The notes beneath the pieces are model-generated. The model ran no database searches, was not told where the DNA came from, and saw only the letters and a list, made by a program, of their open reading frames with translations. Made by a program: the position numbers and the translations under genes. A DNA stretch of 64,000 bases, taken from the NCBI RefSeq assembly GCF_009914755.1, contig NC_060939.1, one strand, 5' to 3'. Shown here piece after piece: positions 12,741 to 25,234 of this stretch; position 1 is the stretch's first letter, and the number at the start of each line of letters is the position of its first letter. The DNA is from the human T2T-CHM13v2.0 reference genome, Homo sapiens.

Positions 12741-13351
12741 CGGTTCTTTTGTTATTTTTATCTCACGCCAATCACAAGCACCAGGGTCTCTTCTTTTGTT
12801 CTGGAGCCCCAAGTGCCTTGGCCCCCAGGCCCCTGAAAGAGCCAGGTGGAGGGGCCGCCCGCGCTGGAACCCTCAGAGGCTGTTTCACCAACCACACCTC
12901 CTGACCAAATCAACATCACCTGTGGGACACTTGGCACCACTGTGTCACCCATAGGGAACCAGCTCTTAAGGTCAGGTCAGGAAACTGTGCTTGCGAGTGA
13001 GTTCCCAGAACAGGAGAACATTTCCCTGAAGCTCCGCCCCCTGGGCGCAGGTGCTCTGCGAGGTGAAAGGGGAGGCAAGCTGCGGGTGCACAGCGTCTCT
13101 CTCGCTGAGGCCCCGGTGGGACATCAAACGCTTGGAGCAGGCGCAGCCACAGCTGGGATAAAGCTAGAGAGTGGAGAAACCGGCTCAAGAGAGGGCAACT
13201 GACTGTCCCAGTGTCACAGCGCAGCCAGTGCTCGGCCACATCACATGACCCTGTGTCACTGCTTTGCTACCTTTCCGCAGGCCAGAATTCTGAGGGATCT
13301 TCCTTTACATGTATGTGCCATTTTCATCACTTTTGAAAAGGCATATATATG

Positions 13352-13656
13352 TTTTTTTTGAGGCAAGGGCTCATTCTGTCACCCAGGCTGGAGTGCAGTG
13401 GTGCAATCATGGCTCACTGCAGCCTCGACCTCCTCCCAGGCTCAAGCAATCCTCCCAACCTCAGCCTCCTCAGCTGGGACTTTGGGTGTGCACCACCATG
13501 CCTGGCTAATTTTTCTGTTATTTTTTTTTTTTTTTTACAGAGACAGGGTCCCCCTGTGCTGCCCAGGCTGGTATCAAAACTCCTGGGCTCAAGGTATCCT
13601 CTTGCCTCGGCCTCTCAAAGTGCTGAGATTACAGGCATGAGCCACTGTGCCTGGCT
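13352..13656 (-). mobile_element. AluJ
   Basis: Antisense dimer; flanked by gaaaaggcat (13335) / aaaaagacat (13658). Confidence 0.93.
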
Positions 13657-13659
13657 TAA

Positions 13660-13937
<278 letters not shown>

Positions 13938-13999
13938 AAAAGGCATCGTTTTTATACCTACATCTGACCATTTTGTTCCTTAACTTTTTACTCAGATCA

Positions 14000-14620
14000 T
14001 TTTTTTTAATTGAGATGACATTCACATAACATACAATTAACCATTTTAAAGTGCGCAATTCAGCGGCATTTAGTGCATTCCAAATGTTGTGCAACCATCA
14101 GCTCTCTCTAGTTTCAAAACTTTTTTATCACCCCATAAAAACACCTCATACCTATTAAGGAAGCACTCTCCATTCCCTCTCCCTCCCCCAAACCCCTGAT
14201 AACCTCTAATCTGCTTTCTGTCTGTCTGGATTTGCCCCTCCCCTCCCCTTTTCTCCCCTCTTCTCTTCCCCTCCCCTCCCCTTCCCTTTCCCCTTCTTTC
14301 TCTTTCTTTTCTTTCTTTCTTCTTCCTTTCTTTCTTTCCTTCTTTCTTTCCTCTTTTATTCTGGTTATATTGTATAAAAGAAATCATCATACAATATGTA
14401 GTGTTTTGTGAGCGGCTTCCTTCACTTAGCGTGATGTTTTCAATGTTCATCTACTTGTAGCAGGCATCGGTATTTCATGCCTTTTTGTAAGTTCATCCAC
14501 TTGCAGCATGCATCAGTACTGCACTCCTTTTTGTAAGTGCATAACAGTCCATCATATGGGTCTATCACATTTGTCTATCCACATTCATTCGCTGATGGAC
14601 ATTTGGATCATTTTATCTTT
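14000..14620 (-). mobile_element. L1MB-type 3' end with internal CT-rich microsatellite
   Basis: 'ttaattgagatgacattcacataacatacaattaaccattttaaagtg...ggcatttagt...ttgtgcaaccatca'; pyrimidine tract about 14235-14357. Confidence 0.85.
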
Positions 14621-14689
14621 TTTAAGCATACAGAAGAGTTTAAAGATAATATAATGAACACTCATTTTCTCACTACCCAAATTCAGCCA

Positions 14690-14836
14690 CAGGGCCAGGA
14701 CTAGGGTGAGACCAGTAAAGTGCCTCCAGCACCGCACTGAAGAAGACACTCACTCTTGGGGCCTGCAAGGGGCAGGGTGGACCCTGCAAGGTCATGGCTG
14801 AGGCACCTCGCTGGCCCAAACATAGCCCAGGCCCTG
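14690..14836. mobile_element. MER96-like hAT MITE, internally deleted
   Basis: TIRs cagggcc...ggccctg; start 'cagggccaggactagggtgag'; degenerate 8-bp TSD ttcagcca/ttcaacaa. Confidence 0.7.
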
Positions 14837-15180
14837 TTCAACAATTTTAATATGTTGCCATACTGCAACATATTTCATTCTACAAACATTTGTTTTGCTG
14901 AACCATTTGAAGACAGGTTACAGACCAAAAAAGGCTTCATCCTCAGTTCCTTGAGTCTCCTTTTTATAGAAAACCGTGTTCTTAATATGTTTCTATTTAT
15001 TATTTCCTCTTCTGTAGAAGAACAGAAGAATGTTCCCCTGCATAGCCATGGACCCATTCTCACGCATGACCACATCAACCATAATTCTATATAGTTTCTG
15101 CCTCCAGTCCATATTCACATTTCCCGATCCTCCCAAATATGTCTTTCATACGTTTCTTGTTTGGTTGGTTGACTGTTTTG

Positions 15181-15486
<306 letters not shown>

Positions 15487-15859
15487 TTGTTTACTGTTTT
15501 CACCAGGGTCCTATGTTGTTTCCCACAGCACTTGTGGAATTGGGGCCTCTTTTATGCTAAAATATCCTCAAATTTTATCTCCAGACCATTGACTTTTTGA
15601 AGAATCCAAACCTTACAGTCTTATAGAATGGCCCACACTGTAGATTTGCCCTATTATTTTCTTTTTTTAAAATAAATTTTTTTTGTGTTTAAATAAAATT
15701 TTTTTGTACATTTTTGTAGAGTTTTTTTAAATAAAAATTTGTTTGGTGGGTGCATGTTTTGAATGCACTAAATGCCGCTGAATTGCACACTTTAAAATGG
15801 TGAATTTTATGTTATGTGAATGTCAGCTTTTTTGTCAATTTCTTTTCTTTTTCTTTTAA

Positions 15860-15968
15860 TAAAAATTTTTTGTCCTACTATGTTGCCCAAGGTAGTGTCA
15901 ATCTCCTGGCCTCAAGCCGTCTTCCAGCCTCGACCTCCCAAAGTACTGGGATTACAGGTCCAGCCCGA
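15860..15968 (-). mobile_element. Degraded Alu left monomer (FLAM-like)
   Basis: 'ctatgttgcccaagg...ctcctggcctcaagc...cctcccaaagtactgggattacagg'. Confidence 0.75.
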
Positions 15969-16516
15969 TTATTTTTTCTTGTTGTCATTAAACCTGTTCC
16001 TCCATACCCTGTAAATCCTGTGATCTGAAAGTTGGGACTAATGCCTTAATTATATCAGGCTAAACACTTTGGCAAAAATACCCACAGGTGATACTGTCTT
16101 CTCATCACCTTACATCAGGAGGCCTGAGATGTCAGCTTGAGAAACTAACAAAGGATACTAAGTCTGAGCATGTGGCTAAACGCATGACCATCATCTCTCC
16201 CTATTATAATGGTACCTCTTCCCCTTTGTACTTAGTAAGTAATCTGGGGGGAGTTTCTTTGCAACTGCACAAATATCCTGTTCCCTAATAACCCTTCACC
16301 CAGTGGTATTTAGCATCTATTGATGATCCTGCCTGAATCAAGAGTTACATTGGAGGTTGCAAAATGGTGGCTTTCTGTCTCATTCCTTCTACACGTATCA
16401 GGTGGCGTTCTTTTGCAAAGAACTTTCCTCCTGCCTACTTCCCTCCCCCACCCCCCCAACATACACTGTGAACTCATGAATTTTCTATTTGTTTAATGCA
16501 TTTTAATTAACTATAG

Positions 16517-16828
<312 letters not shown>

Positions 16829-17454
16829 CCCTTACAGTCATTCTTTTTGATGCTCAGTAGTCCCAAAACTTAGTGAGGCAGATCCCTCAGTCAGCTTCCG
16901 TGTCCTTTCCATGTGACCTCAGTAGTTTTTAAGCATATCCTTCCTTCTTGGGACCATAAGACATCCCAGGCTTGACATGGAGCTTCATTTTCATGGATCT
17001 GGAGTCAGCCATTTCTGCAGAAAATTTTAGTTCCTCCTGGTGGGTAACAGCATTTAGAAATCAAGATCTGGGTACTAGCTGGTCTCTCTGCTCCTGGGCT
17101 GTTATTGCGTCAAGGCTTTTTCAGTGGACAGAGTTAGGAAAAATAAAATGAGCTCATAATTATAGAATCTGTTCAAATTTAACATCCGGGTGGGTTTTTA
17201 TTCATTTTCTTAAAACTGTAATACTTGAGTCTCTTTTACATAGAGAATCTTGTTTCCTAATATATTCTTATTTACTAGTTTATTTTTTTAATATACATAA
17301 ACTTCCTTCAAAATTACCATATCATTACTATTTATCATAAACCTACTAGGTAAAGCTTAAGACATCATTGTAGTTTTATTTGTCCTTAAAATATATCCCA
17401 CCACAGATGTATAGTTAGGGTATTTTTTTCAAAATTATTTGAATAGGTTTTTGG

Positions 17455-17456
<2 letters not shown>

Positions 17457-17492
<36 letters not shown>
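17457..17492. repeat. (GT)18 microsatellite
   Basis: Perfect dinucleotide run. Confidence 0.97.
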
Positions 17493-17493
<1 letters not shown>

Positions 17494-17849
17494 GGTGTTT
17501 TTGTTTGTTTTGCTCTGTGGTTAAGCTCTCTAATTTACAATTAGGTTTATTTGTTTCTCTTCGTGCACAATTTGGGGAGGGTTTCTTTTTCCTATTTTTT
17601 AAATTTGATTTAATTTTTTGAACATGTAAATCATGTACAAATTATGTACAAATGATTCAAAACACAAAACTATATTTAAAATCCTATTTGGAGACATTTC
17701 ATTCCCATGCTAATTCCCTCCCATCCTCCTCCATTAGTTTCCAGTTTATTCTTCCTGTATTCCTTTACGTGTGTGTTATTCATGTGAGTACATACATAAA
17801 TACATACTGTGGTTGCCTCTTCTTTCTTACAGAATTCATGAAAGAATTT

Positions 17850-18790
17850 ACCTGTATGACTGCATTATATGAGGTACAGGAAGAAACAAATGTAATCACT
17901 AGTGATAGAAATTAGAACAATGGTTGCCCTTGGGTATTGACTGGAAAGGAGCCAAGGGAACTTTCAGGAGCAATGGAGATGTTTTATGTCTTGATGTGGG
18001 CAATGATTACACAAGTTATATCTTTGTCAGAATTCTTCAAACCCCACACTTGAGACCTGCATATTTTGCTGTGTGAAAAGTACATCTCAATTAAAAAGAC
18101 AATAAATTAAAAGAACATATATAAAGAGCTCCTAAAATATCAATAAGAGGATAATAAGTATCCTGGAAAAATGTGCAAAGACTATGAACAAACAACTCAT
18201 TAATGATGAAACATGCATGTCCAACAAACAAATGAAGAAAGATGTTCAGCTTCACAAGTAAGCTGGGAAATGCATGCTCAAACATTAAGATTTTATTTTT
18301 ACCTATCAGGTGGGCAAAAGTTAGAAAAGATTAATAATATCAAATGCTGACAAGAATTCAGAGAAATAATAACTTTCATGTACTATCAATTGGTGGAGGT
18401 TATTGAAAGGCAATTTGGCAGTGCCTATCAAAATTTAAAACTGCATGCCCTTTGATACTGCAATCTGACTTCTAGAAACCTATACAAAAGAAGTTATTTA
18501 AACTATGGTATTTCTGTACCATAGAATGAAGTGGATCTATATACACCAATATGAAAGGACCTATAAGTGAACAAAAGCAAAATGCAGAATAATATATAGC
18601 ATAGCACAATCCCATTTATATTATTATAAAACCTAAGTGTATACAGCTACATACATACCTATATAAGTATTCAGAGAGTGCACAGGAAAAATGTACCTTA
18701 AGTATTGATAGGGTTACTTTGGGGACGGGGGGATGTGAGGGTGTTTGGTAAAGCAGAAGTTTCTCATATTGTATTGTATATTTTTAGTAT
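17850..18790 (+). mobile_element. Old L1 (L1ME-like) fragments
   Basis: 'attagaacaatggttgcc...attgactggaaaggagc', 'gcaatttggcagtgcctatcaaaatttaaaa'. Confidence 0.7.
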
Positions 18791-18796
18791 TGCTTT

Positions 18797-18946
18797 TATT
18801 AAGTCGGTGCACATGTAATTGCAGTTTTTGCCATTACTTTTCATGGCAAAAGTTGAGCACACAGTATTACTTTTAATGGCAAAAGTTGAGCCCACGGTAT
18901 TACTTTTAATGGCAACAATCACAATTACATTTGCACCAGTTTAATA
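18797..18946. mobile_element. MADE1 (Hsmar1-derived MITE) enlarged by an internal 33-bp tandem duplication
   Basis: Palindromic arms tattaagtcggtgcacatgtaattgcagtttttgccatta / taatggcaacaatcacaattacatttgcaccagtttaata. Confidence 0.88.
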
Positions 18947-18961
18947 CAATAAGAGTGTTCC

Positions 18962-19269
18962 AGCTGGGCACAGTAGTTTACGCCTGTAATCCCAGCACTC
19001 TGGGAGGCTGAAGCAGGTGGATCACTTGGGCCCAGGAGTTCGAGAGCAGCCTGGGCAAGTTGGCAAGACCCCATCTCTACAAAAAATTGAAAAATTAGCT
19101 GGGAGTGGTGGTCTGTGCCACCACTGTAGTCTCAACTATTCAGGAGGCTGAAGTGGGAGGATTGCTTGAGCCCAGGAGGTCAAGACTACATTGAGCCAAG
19201 ACTGCACCACTGCACCCTGCCTGGGTGACAGAGGGAGAACCCAGCCTCAAAAAAAACAAAAAAATAAAA
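18962..19269 (+). mobile_element. AluJ
   Basis: Dimer plus tail; TSD agtgttcc 18954-18961 / 19271-19278. Confidence 0.93.
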
Positions 19270-19548
19270 TAGTGTTCCTGCATTCTTGGTGTAATTTTAA
19301 AAACAAACAAAAAAGGTTTTCGGCAGTCTCTAATGCTAAGGATTTGTTAAGGAATCACTAAACACGGTTAGTGCTTAATAGATGTCCAGCATCATGGGAC
19401 GGGGTGAAGGAACCTAAAGAAGTGGGTCCCATTCAAATCCCTGTACATTTACCTCACCATGATCATGAGGTATGAATCATTCTACATACAGTCACTGCTG
19501 TCATCCAACATGCACTTGAAAACATTTGACAAACATTTAAGTGCATAA

Positions 19549-19695
19549 GGACAGGGTCTCACTCTGTTACCTAGGCTAGAGAGCAGTGGTGCAATCATGG
19601 CTCACTGCAGCCTTGACCTCCTGGATGCACGCAATCCTCCTGTCCTGGCCTCCCAAAGTGCTGGGATTACAGGCATGAGCCACCATGCCCTGCCC
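19549..19695 (-). mobile_element. Alu monomer (FRAM-like or arm-recombined AluJ)
   Basis: Right-arm 3' sequence joined to left-arm 5' 'cccaaagtgctgggattacaggcatgagccacc'. Confidence 0.8.
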
Positions 19696-19759
19696 ATTCA
19701 AATGTATTCTTATGTGTGTGGCAGGGATAGGGAATCTTTTCCTGAAAGTTAGTAAATAA

Positions 19760-20080
19760 CATGGGTTAACCCCTTATCCAGAACGCTGGGAACCGATGTG
19801 TGCTGAAAATCAGAAATATGATGTTAGTAGGTGCCACTGTGCAAAATCTGTATGTTACACAATACTCCTAGCATTCTGGGGAAGCACCTTGCAATCAACA
19901 CACAACATTTCCACAGCAAAATGCATGAATATTTCTACTGAATATAAACACTACAAATAGTCACAGGTCAGTTCAGTTCCAGTTCTGCTGCCACGTGAGT
20001 TTGTGCCAAATTGACAAAATAAATTTTTGGTTTTGAGAACTCTTGGGATCTTGGAATTGTGGATAAGGGCAAGACCCCTC
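19760..20080 (-). mobile_element. MER46C-like TcMar-Tigger element
   Basis: Inverted termini cccttatcca ... tggataaggg; internal 'caggtcagttcagttc', 'atgaatattt'. Confidence 0.7.
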
Positions 20081-21033
20081 ACTAGGCCTTTCCTTTTAAA
20101 AGCCATTTCTGATTGCATAATGCTCTTTCATTTCAGTCTGTCCTGTCATAGTTGAGCACACAGTGGATGAACCCAAGTTAAGGGAGCAGAGCGGTGCTGT
20201 CCCAGAGGCCTGGCCTTAGTCATGTGGAGTGATTTCCATCTTTGGACTAACTGTATCATGAATAGGAAGGCTAATTGAGGGCATGGGCTGGGTAAGATGG
20301 CGCCTTGGGAAAGGACACCACACCAGGGTCAGTGTGTGCTGAGTGCAAAACGTGGCTTTTGGTAGCCAGGTAACTGCCTTTTGTAGGGATGGGTACACGC
20401 GCTGCTGTCAGCCAGCTCTGGCTAATTCTAACTGGATTTACAGAGCCCCACCGGGCTGGCTTGATAAGTCCCTGAATTAAAAACACCTGAGTGCCTGGTA
20501 CCTGAGGTCTGTTTTGCACATACAAGAAGCATGGGAAAAGGTGTGTGCTTGACATACGCTCCTGGACTCCAGAGTAGAAGACCAGGAGAGAAGAGGAGGT
20601 CAGAGGTCATTTGCACTTCCCTGCCAGCCGGGTGGATGGAATCCGCCTATTTCCACAGGGGACCTGGTTTGAGGATTTGAGGAAAGTTCCGATCACCAGC
20701 ATTTGGCCTCTTTCTGTTTTTGTCTCACTTCCAGGACCTGATGCAGGAAGCACACTATGACATGGTCACATGCAGACACACGTGGTGCAGGATGGACTAA
20801 CCTCAAGCTCCACTGAAACCCTGGCTCCCAGCCGACCAGCCGTGGCCAGTGACCACGTGCAGTCTCCGATCTTCATTTGTGCGTCGATGTGGGGAAATTC
20901 AAAGTCAGCATGTGAAAGTCAGCTCTAGGGCATCAGGATTTAATGCGCAAAATTTTGCAAAATTTCGCAAAATATTTCACACGAGAGGGGGGTTTGAGTT
21001 GACGCTACCCACGTGGGTGGCGGCCTGGGTTGG

Positions 21034-21052
21034 TGGTGCCCCCTGGTGGCTG
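21034..21052 (-). promoter_or_regulatory. CTCF binding site, near-consensus
   Basis: Reverse complement CAGCCACCAGGGGGCACCA versus core CCACCAGGGGGCGC; in a locally CpG-retaining non-repeat patch. Confidence 0.8.
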
Positions 21053-21134
21053 GCAGGAGCAAACGCAAATCTCCTCTGTAGAGAAGTGTTTTGTCTGATT
21101 TATCAAAGAGAACAAACAAACAAAACACTCAAAA

Positions 21135-21221
21135 GGCCGGTGCGGTGGCTCACGCCTGTAATCCCAGCACTTTGGGAGGCCGAGGCGGGCGGATCACGAG
21201 GTCAGGAGTTCAAGACCAAGC
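21135..21221 (+). mobile_element. AluS(g/c)-like 5' fragment, 3'-truncated
   Basis: ggccggtgcggtggctcacgcc...ggatcacgaggtcaggagttcaagacca, then stops; no tail or TSD. Confidence 0.92.
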
Positions 21222-21272
21222 AATGAGTCACCATTAGCAAGAGTGCAGAGCCAACAAGCAACAGATTGAAAC

Positions 21273-21473
21273 CAGGATGTCTTAATGTAAATGCTATAAA
21301 CATTTCGGACCAAAATCCTTTACTGTGGGGATGTTTAGCAGCAGCCCTGGTTTCTACCCACAAGATGCCAGTAGCATCTCCACTGCCACCTCCAGTCAAT
21401 GCCACCAAAACTGTCTCTAGACATTGCCAAATGTCCCCTAGAGGAAAAAACTGCCCCCAGCTGAAAAACACTG
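21273..21473 (-). mobile_element. MER20 (hAT-Charlie)
   Basis: 'ggatgtttagcagcagccctgg...agatgccagtagca...gacattgccaaatgtcccc...aaaacactg'. Confidence 0.88.
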
Positions 21474-21479
21474 ATTTAG

Positions 21480-21975
21480 ATCGTCAAAGACTTCAAATAA
21501 TACAATAATCAGATAGGTTATAAAATAACAAGGTATTAAAAAAGTAAATGATGGAATAGAAACAAAGGATCGAGGAATAAGGGACAACAAAATGTACAGG
21601 CAGATGTTTATAAAAGGATCAAGTAGAACTTCTGGAAAAGAAAAAAAGAAATCTTTGAAATTAAAAATTAAATGGATGTGCTTGACACACAGATAAAGAA
21701 AGAATTAATGAATGAGAAGAGAGATTTGAAGAAATTACCACAAATGCATCAAGGAAGCCAAAGAATGGAAAATTTGAGAGACAGGTTAAAAGACAAGGAA
21801 AATATGAGAATGGTTAAGCTATGATTAATCTGTGCTCCCTCAAAAAAGTAAAAAGACAGTGGGAAAGAGGCCATATTCGGAGAGATAATGCCTGAGACTT
21901 TCCAGACCCACATATGCAGGAAAACTGAAAGATTCCAGGCAGGATGAAAGTGCAGGTTGTTGTGAGTTGCATGTA
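21480..21975 (+). mobile_element. Ancient L1M ORF1-region remnant
   Basis: A-rich 'atcaagtagaacttctggaaaag...aattaaaaattaaatggatg...agaattaatgaatgagaagagagatttgaagaaattacc'. Confidence 0.65.
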
Positions 21976-21978
21976 TTA

Positions 21979-22482
<504 letters not shown>

Positions 22483-22779
22483 TCAAGAGACCTTGGTCTG
22501 AGCCTTGTATTTTACAGGGCACCCAGGAGGTTCCCTGGGGATGGAATTTAGAAGGGTGAAGAGAGTGAAGAGGAAATGGGATGGTGTTCTAAGCAGGGAG
22601 GAAAGCATGGGCAAAGGTGTGGAAGCTAAACACTTCCTGAGCCAAAAGGGAGTCCTGTTGGGTCATACTGGGGAACACTCAGGGGAGTAATTAGAAACTG
22701 GATTGGATGAAGAAGGTAAGACCAGGCTAGGGAAGTCCCTTGAGAGAAAAGCAGAGGCTTTGGACTTGAAACTCGAGGC

Positions 22780-23001
22780 CAGGCATTGGCAACTATAGCC
22801 TGAGGGCCAAATCTGGCCCACTGCCTATTTTTATAAATAAAGTTTTATTGGAACAGAGCCACACTCATTCATTTGGTATCATCTATGGCTGTTTTTGAGC
22901 AACAAGAGTGGAGATGAGTAGTTGTGGCAGAGACCACATGGCCTGCAAAGCCTATAATATTTATCCTCTGGCCCTTTACAGAAAATGCTTGCTGGCCACT
23001 G
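22780..23001 (+). mobile_element. MER58A (hAT-Charlie)
   Basis: 'gggccaaatctggcccactgcctatttttataaataaagttttattggaaca...ctggccctttacagaaaa'. Confidence 0.88.
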
Positions 23002-23114
23002 CTGTAGGTGGGCACAGCCAGTCAATGAGGCTTTTCAGCAGCCACCAAGATGGTAAAGACAAGCCTAGCAGTGGCTGAAGGACAGGGTGTATTCTAAGAG
23101 GAGGGAGAAAAGTG

Positions 23115-23340
23115 CCTAACTTCTATTGAGTTCCTGCCCTATGATTTTCCTTCACCCACATTATCATTGTTACTTCTCCTAACCACCCTGCCCAGAAGCT
23201 GTTACTATCTCCATTTCAGAGATGAGGAAAATGGGGTCCGGAGAGGTTAAGTGACTTACTCAAGGTTACCCAGTGCTTCAGGGCAGAACTGAGATTTAAT
23301 TTCAAGTCGGTCAGATTCCAAAGTCAACGTTCTTCCCACC
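23115..23340 (-). mobile_element. MIR
   Basis: 'ccatttcagagatgaggaaaatggggtccggagaggttaagtgacttactcaagg'. Confidence 0.8.
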
Positions 23341-23700
23341 ACACCTCATTGCCTTTCAGGGCACTGAATATCCCAGGTGGGAGGGGACAGCCCCAAGTCA
23401 ATGAATTGGCTACTGTGTGTCACAGCCTGCAACAGTCCAAACTGGGGAGATGGTACGTGTTTCACTTCCCTGAGAACAAATGTAGAGGCCAAGTCTGATC
23501 TGGAGAGGGGACTTCTGCCCAGGGTTCTTCCAGCAATTGCTCTCAACTTGTTCAAACATGGACTCCACCCTGTCCCCTCCACCCCATGCCTCCGGAGGCA
23601 CTGGCTCTGCCAGGAATGCATATCGTTCCATCTTCCCCCAGCCTCATCTCACAGCCAGATGCTAAAGGCAGTTGGGAGATACCATCTCCCCATCTACAAA

Positions 23701-23721
23701 ACACACACACACACACACACA
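23701..23721. repeat. (AC)10 microsatellite
   Basis: Visible run. Confidence 0.95.
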
Positions 23722-24989
23722 AGGGTTGGAAGGCCTGCATGGTGTCACCCACAAGAGATGACCCAGTTGATTTGCAGTGAAATTGCAACACAGCCTCTGC
23801 TTCCACCCCAGCTGATCCTAAGCCCTGGAGCAGAGGGGAGCTGGCCTTGTTTCCACCCCTAGCCTGGCTCCTGTTCCTCTCGTGACTAATTCAGATCCTC
23901 ATCTGACAGCCACCCATGACCACTTCATCCAGAGAGGCCCCAACAGACCTGCTTCTTGGTTTTGCGGTCAAACTGGTTCTTGAAACTTCCCCAGAGGTCC
24001 AGCAGGGTTTACTCTGTCTGTGGGGAACTGTAACTGGCTGCCCCTTGGGGTTGAGCTGGTTGAGGACTTGAGAAACCATGAGAAGGAGGTCAGGAAAGTA
24101 CAACTTCTACCTGAGACCTTGGTTATCTGTATGGTGTGTAAGACAATAGGAATCCACCCAGCAGATCCCAATGGATGGGTCTGTTCCTTATCAGCTCCCC
24201 ATTGGCCCAGAAGCCAGGCCAGATAAGCCTCTGACCCCAGTGTTTCTATCAGGAAATGAACACAAATATAGGCAGACAACCTCCCCAGAGTAGGTGGGAG
24301 GAACCCTGTGACCCCCTAGGCTCATTGGCTGGCTCTAATGAGCAATTGCTACACCCTCCTACTCTCTTGCCTTGGGAAACAGTTAGAGTTACATGTCAGC
24401 TCCAGGGGAGACTAGACCCACACCTACTCATGAGCTGGGGTGTAGCTCTTCTGGATGCAGAGGGAGAGGACAGAATGAGAGACACCTGCCCATGCTACCC
24501 ACCAGCCTTCCTCAGACATGGTTGCCAGCTCCTTGTCACAGCCCCACTTTGTTCTGCTGTGACCACAGTGTGTGCTCACATAGGAGAGTAGAAGGAAAAA
24601 GACCAAGAGAGGATAAGGCAAACAAGATTTCATGAGCATCTATTATGTGCCAAGCTCAAAGCTGGGCACACACAAGCATCATCATTTTTTTTCCTTATGC
24701 AGTGACACATCCATGATTTTTTAGACTCTGCGTGTGCATCATTAAGACACAGCATAACATAAACGTGAAAGGCAGCTGCAGAGACAGCCCTTCCTAGATC
24801 CCTGCTCTGCTGCTAACTATCTGCGTGGTCGCAGTTTACACATCTATCACATAGGAACTAAACAATAATAATTATTTCATACGGTAATTACAACGATTGA
24901 ATGAGGTCATTTATATAAAGTACTTGGAATAATGCCTGACACATTGAGAATAAAATAGTAGTGTTAATTGTGATTTTTTTTTATCATTA

Positions 24990-25234
<245 letters not shown>

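Noticed and set aside
23900-24260. Possible old LTR remnant (also unassigned repeat-like stretches near 640-760, 32020-32210, 50455-50645)
   Set aside because: Could not assign a family with confidence; needs RepeatMasker/Dfam
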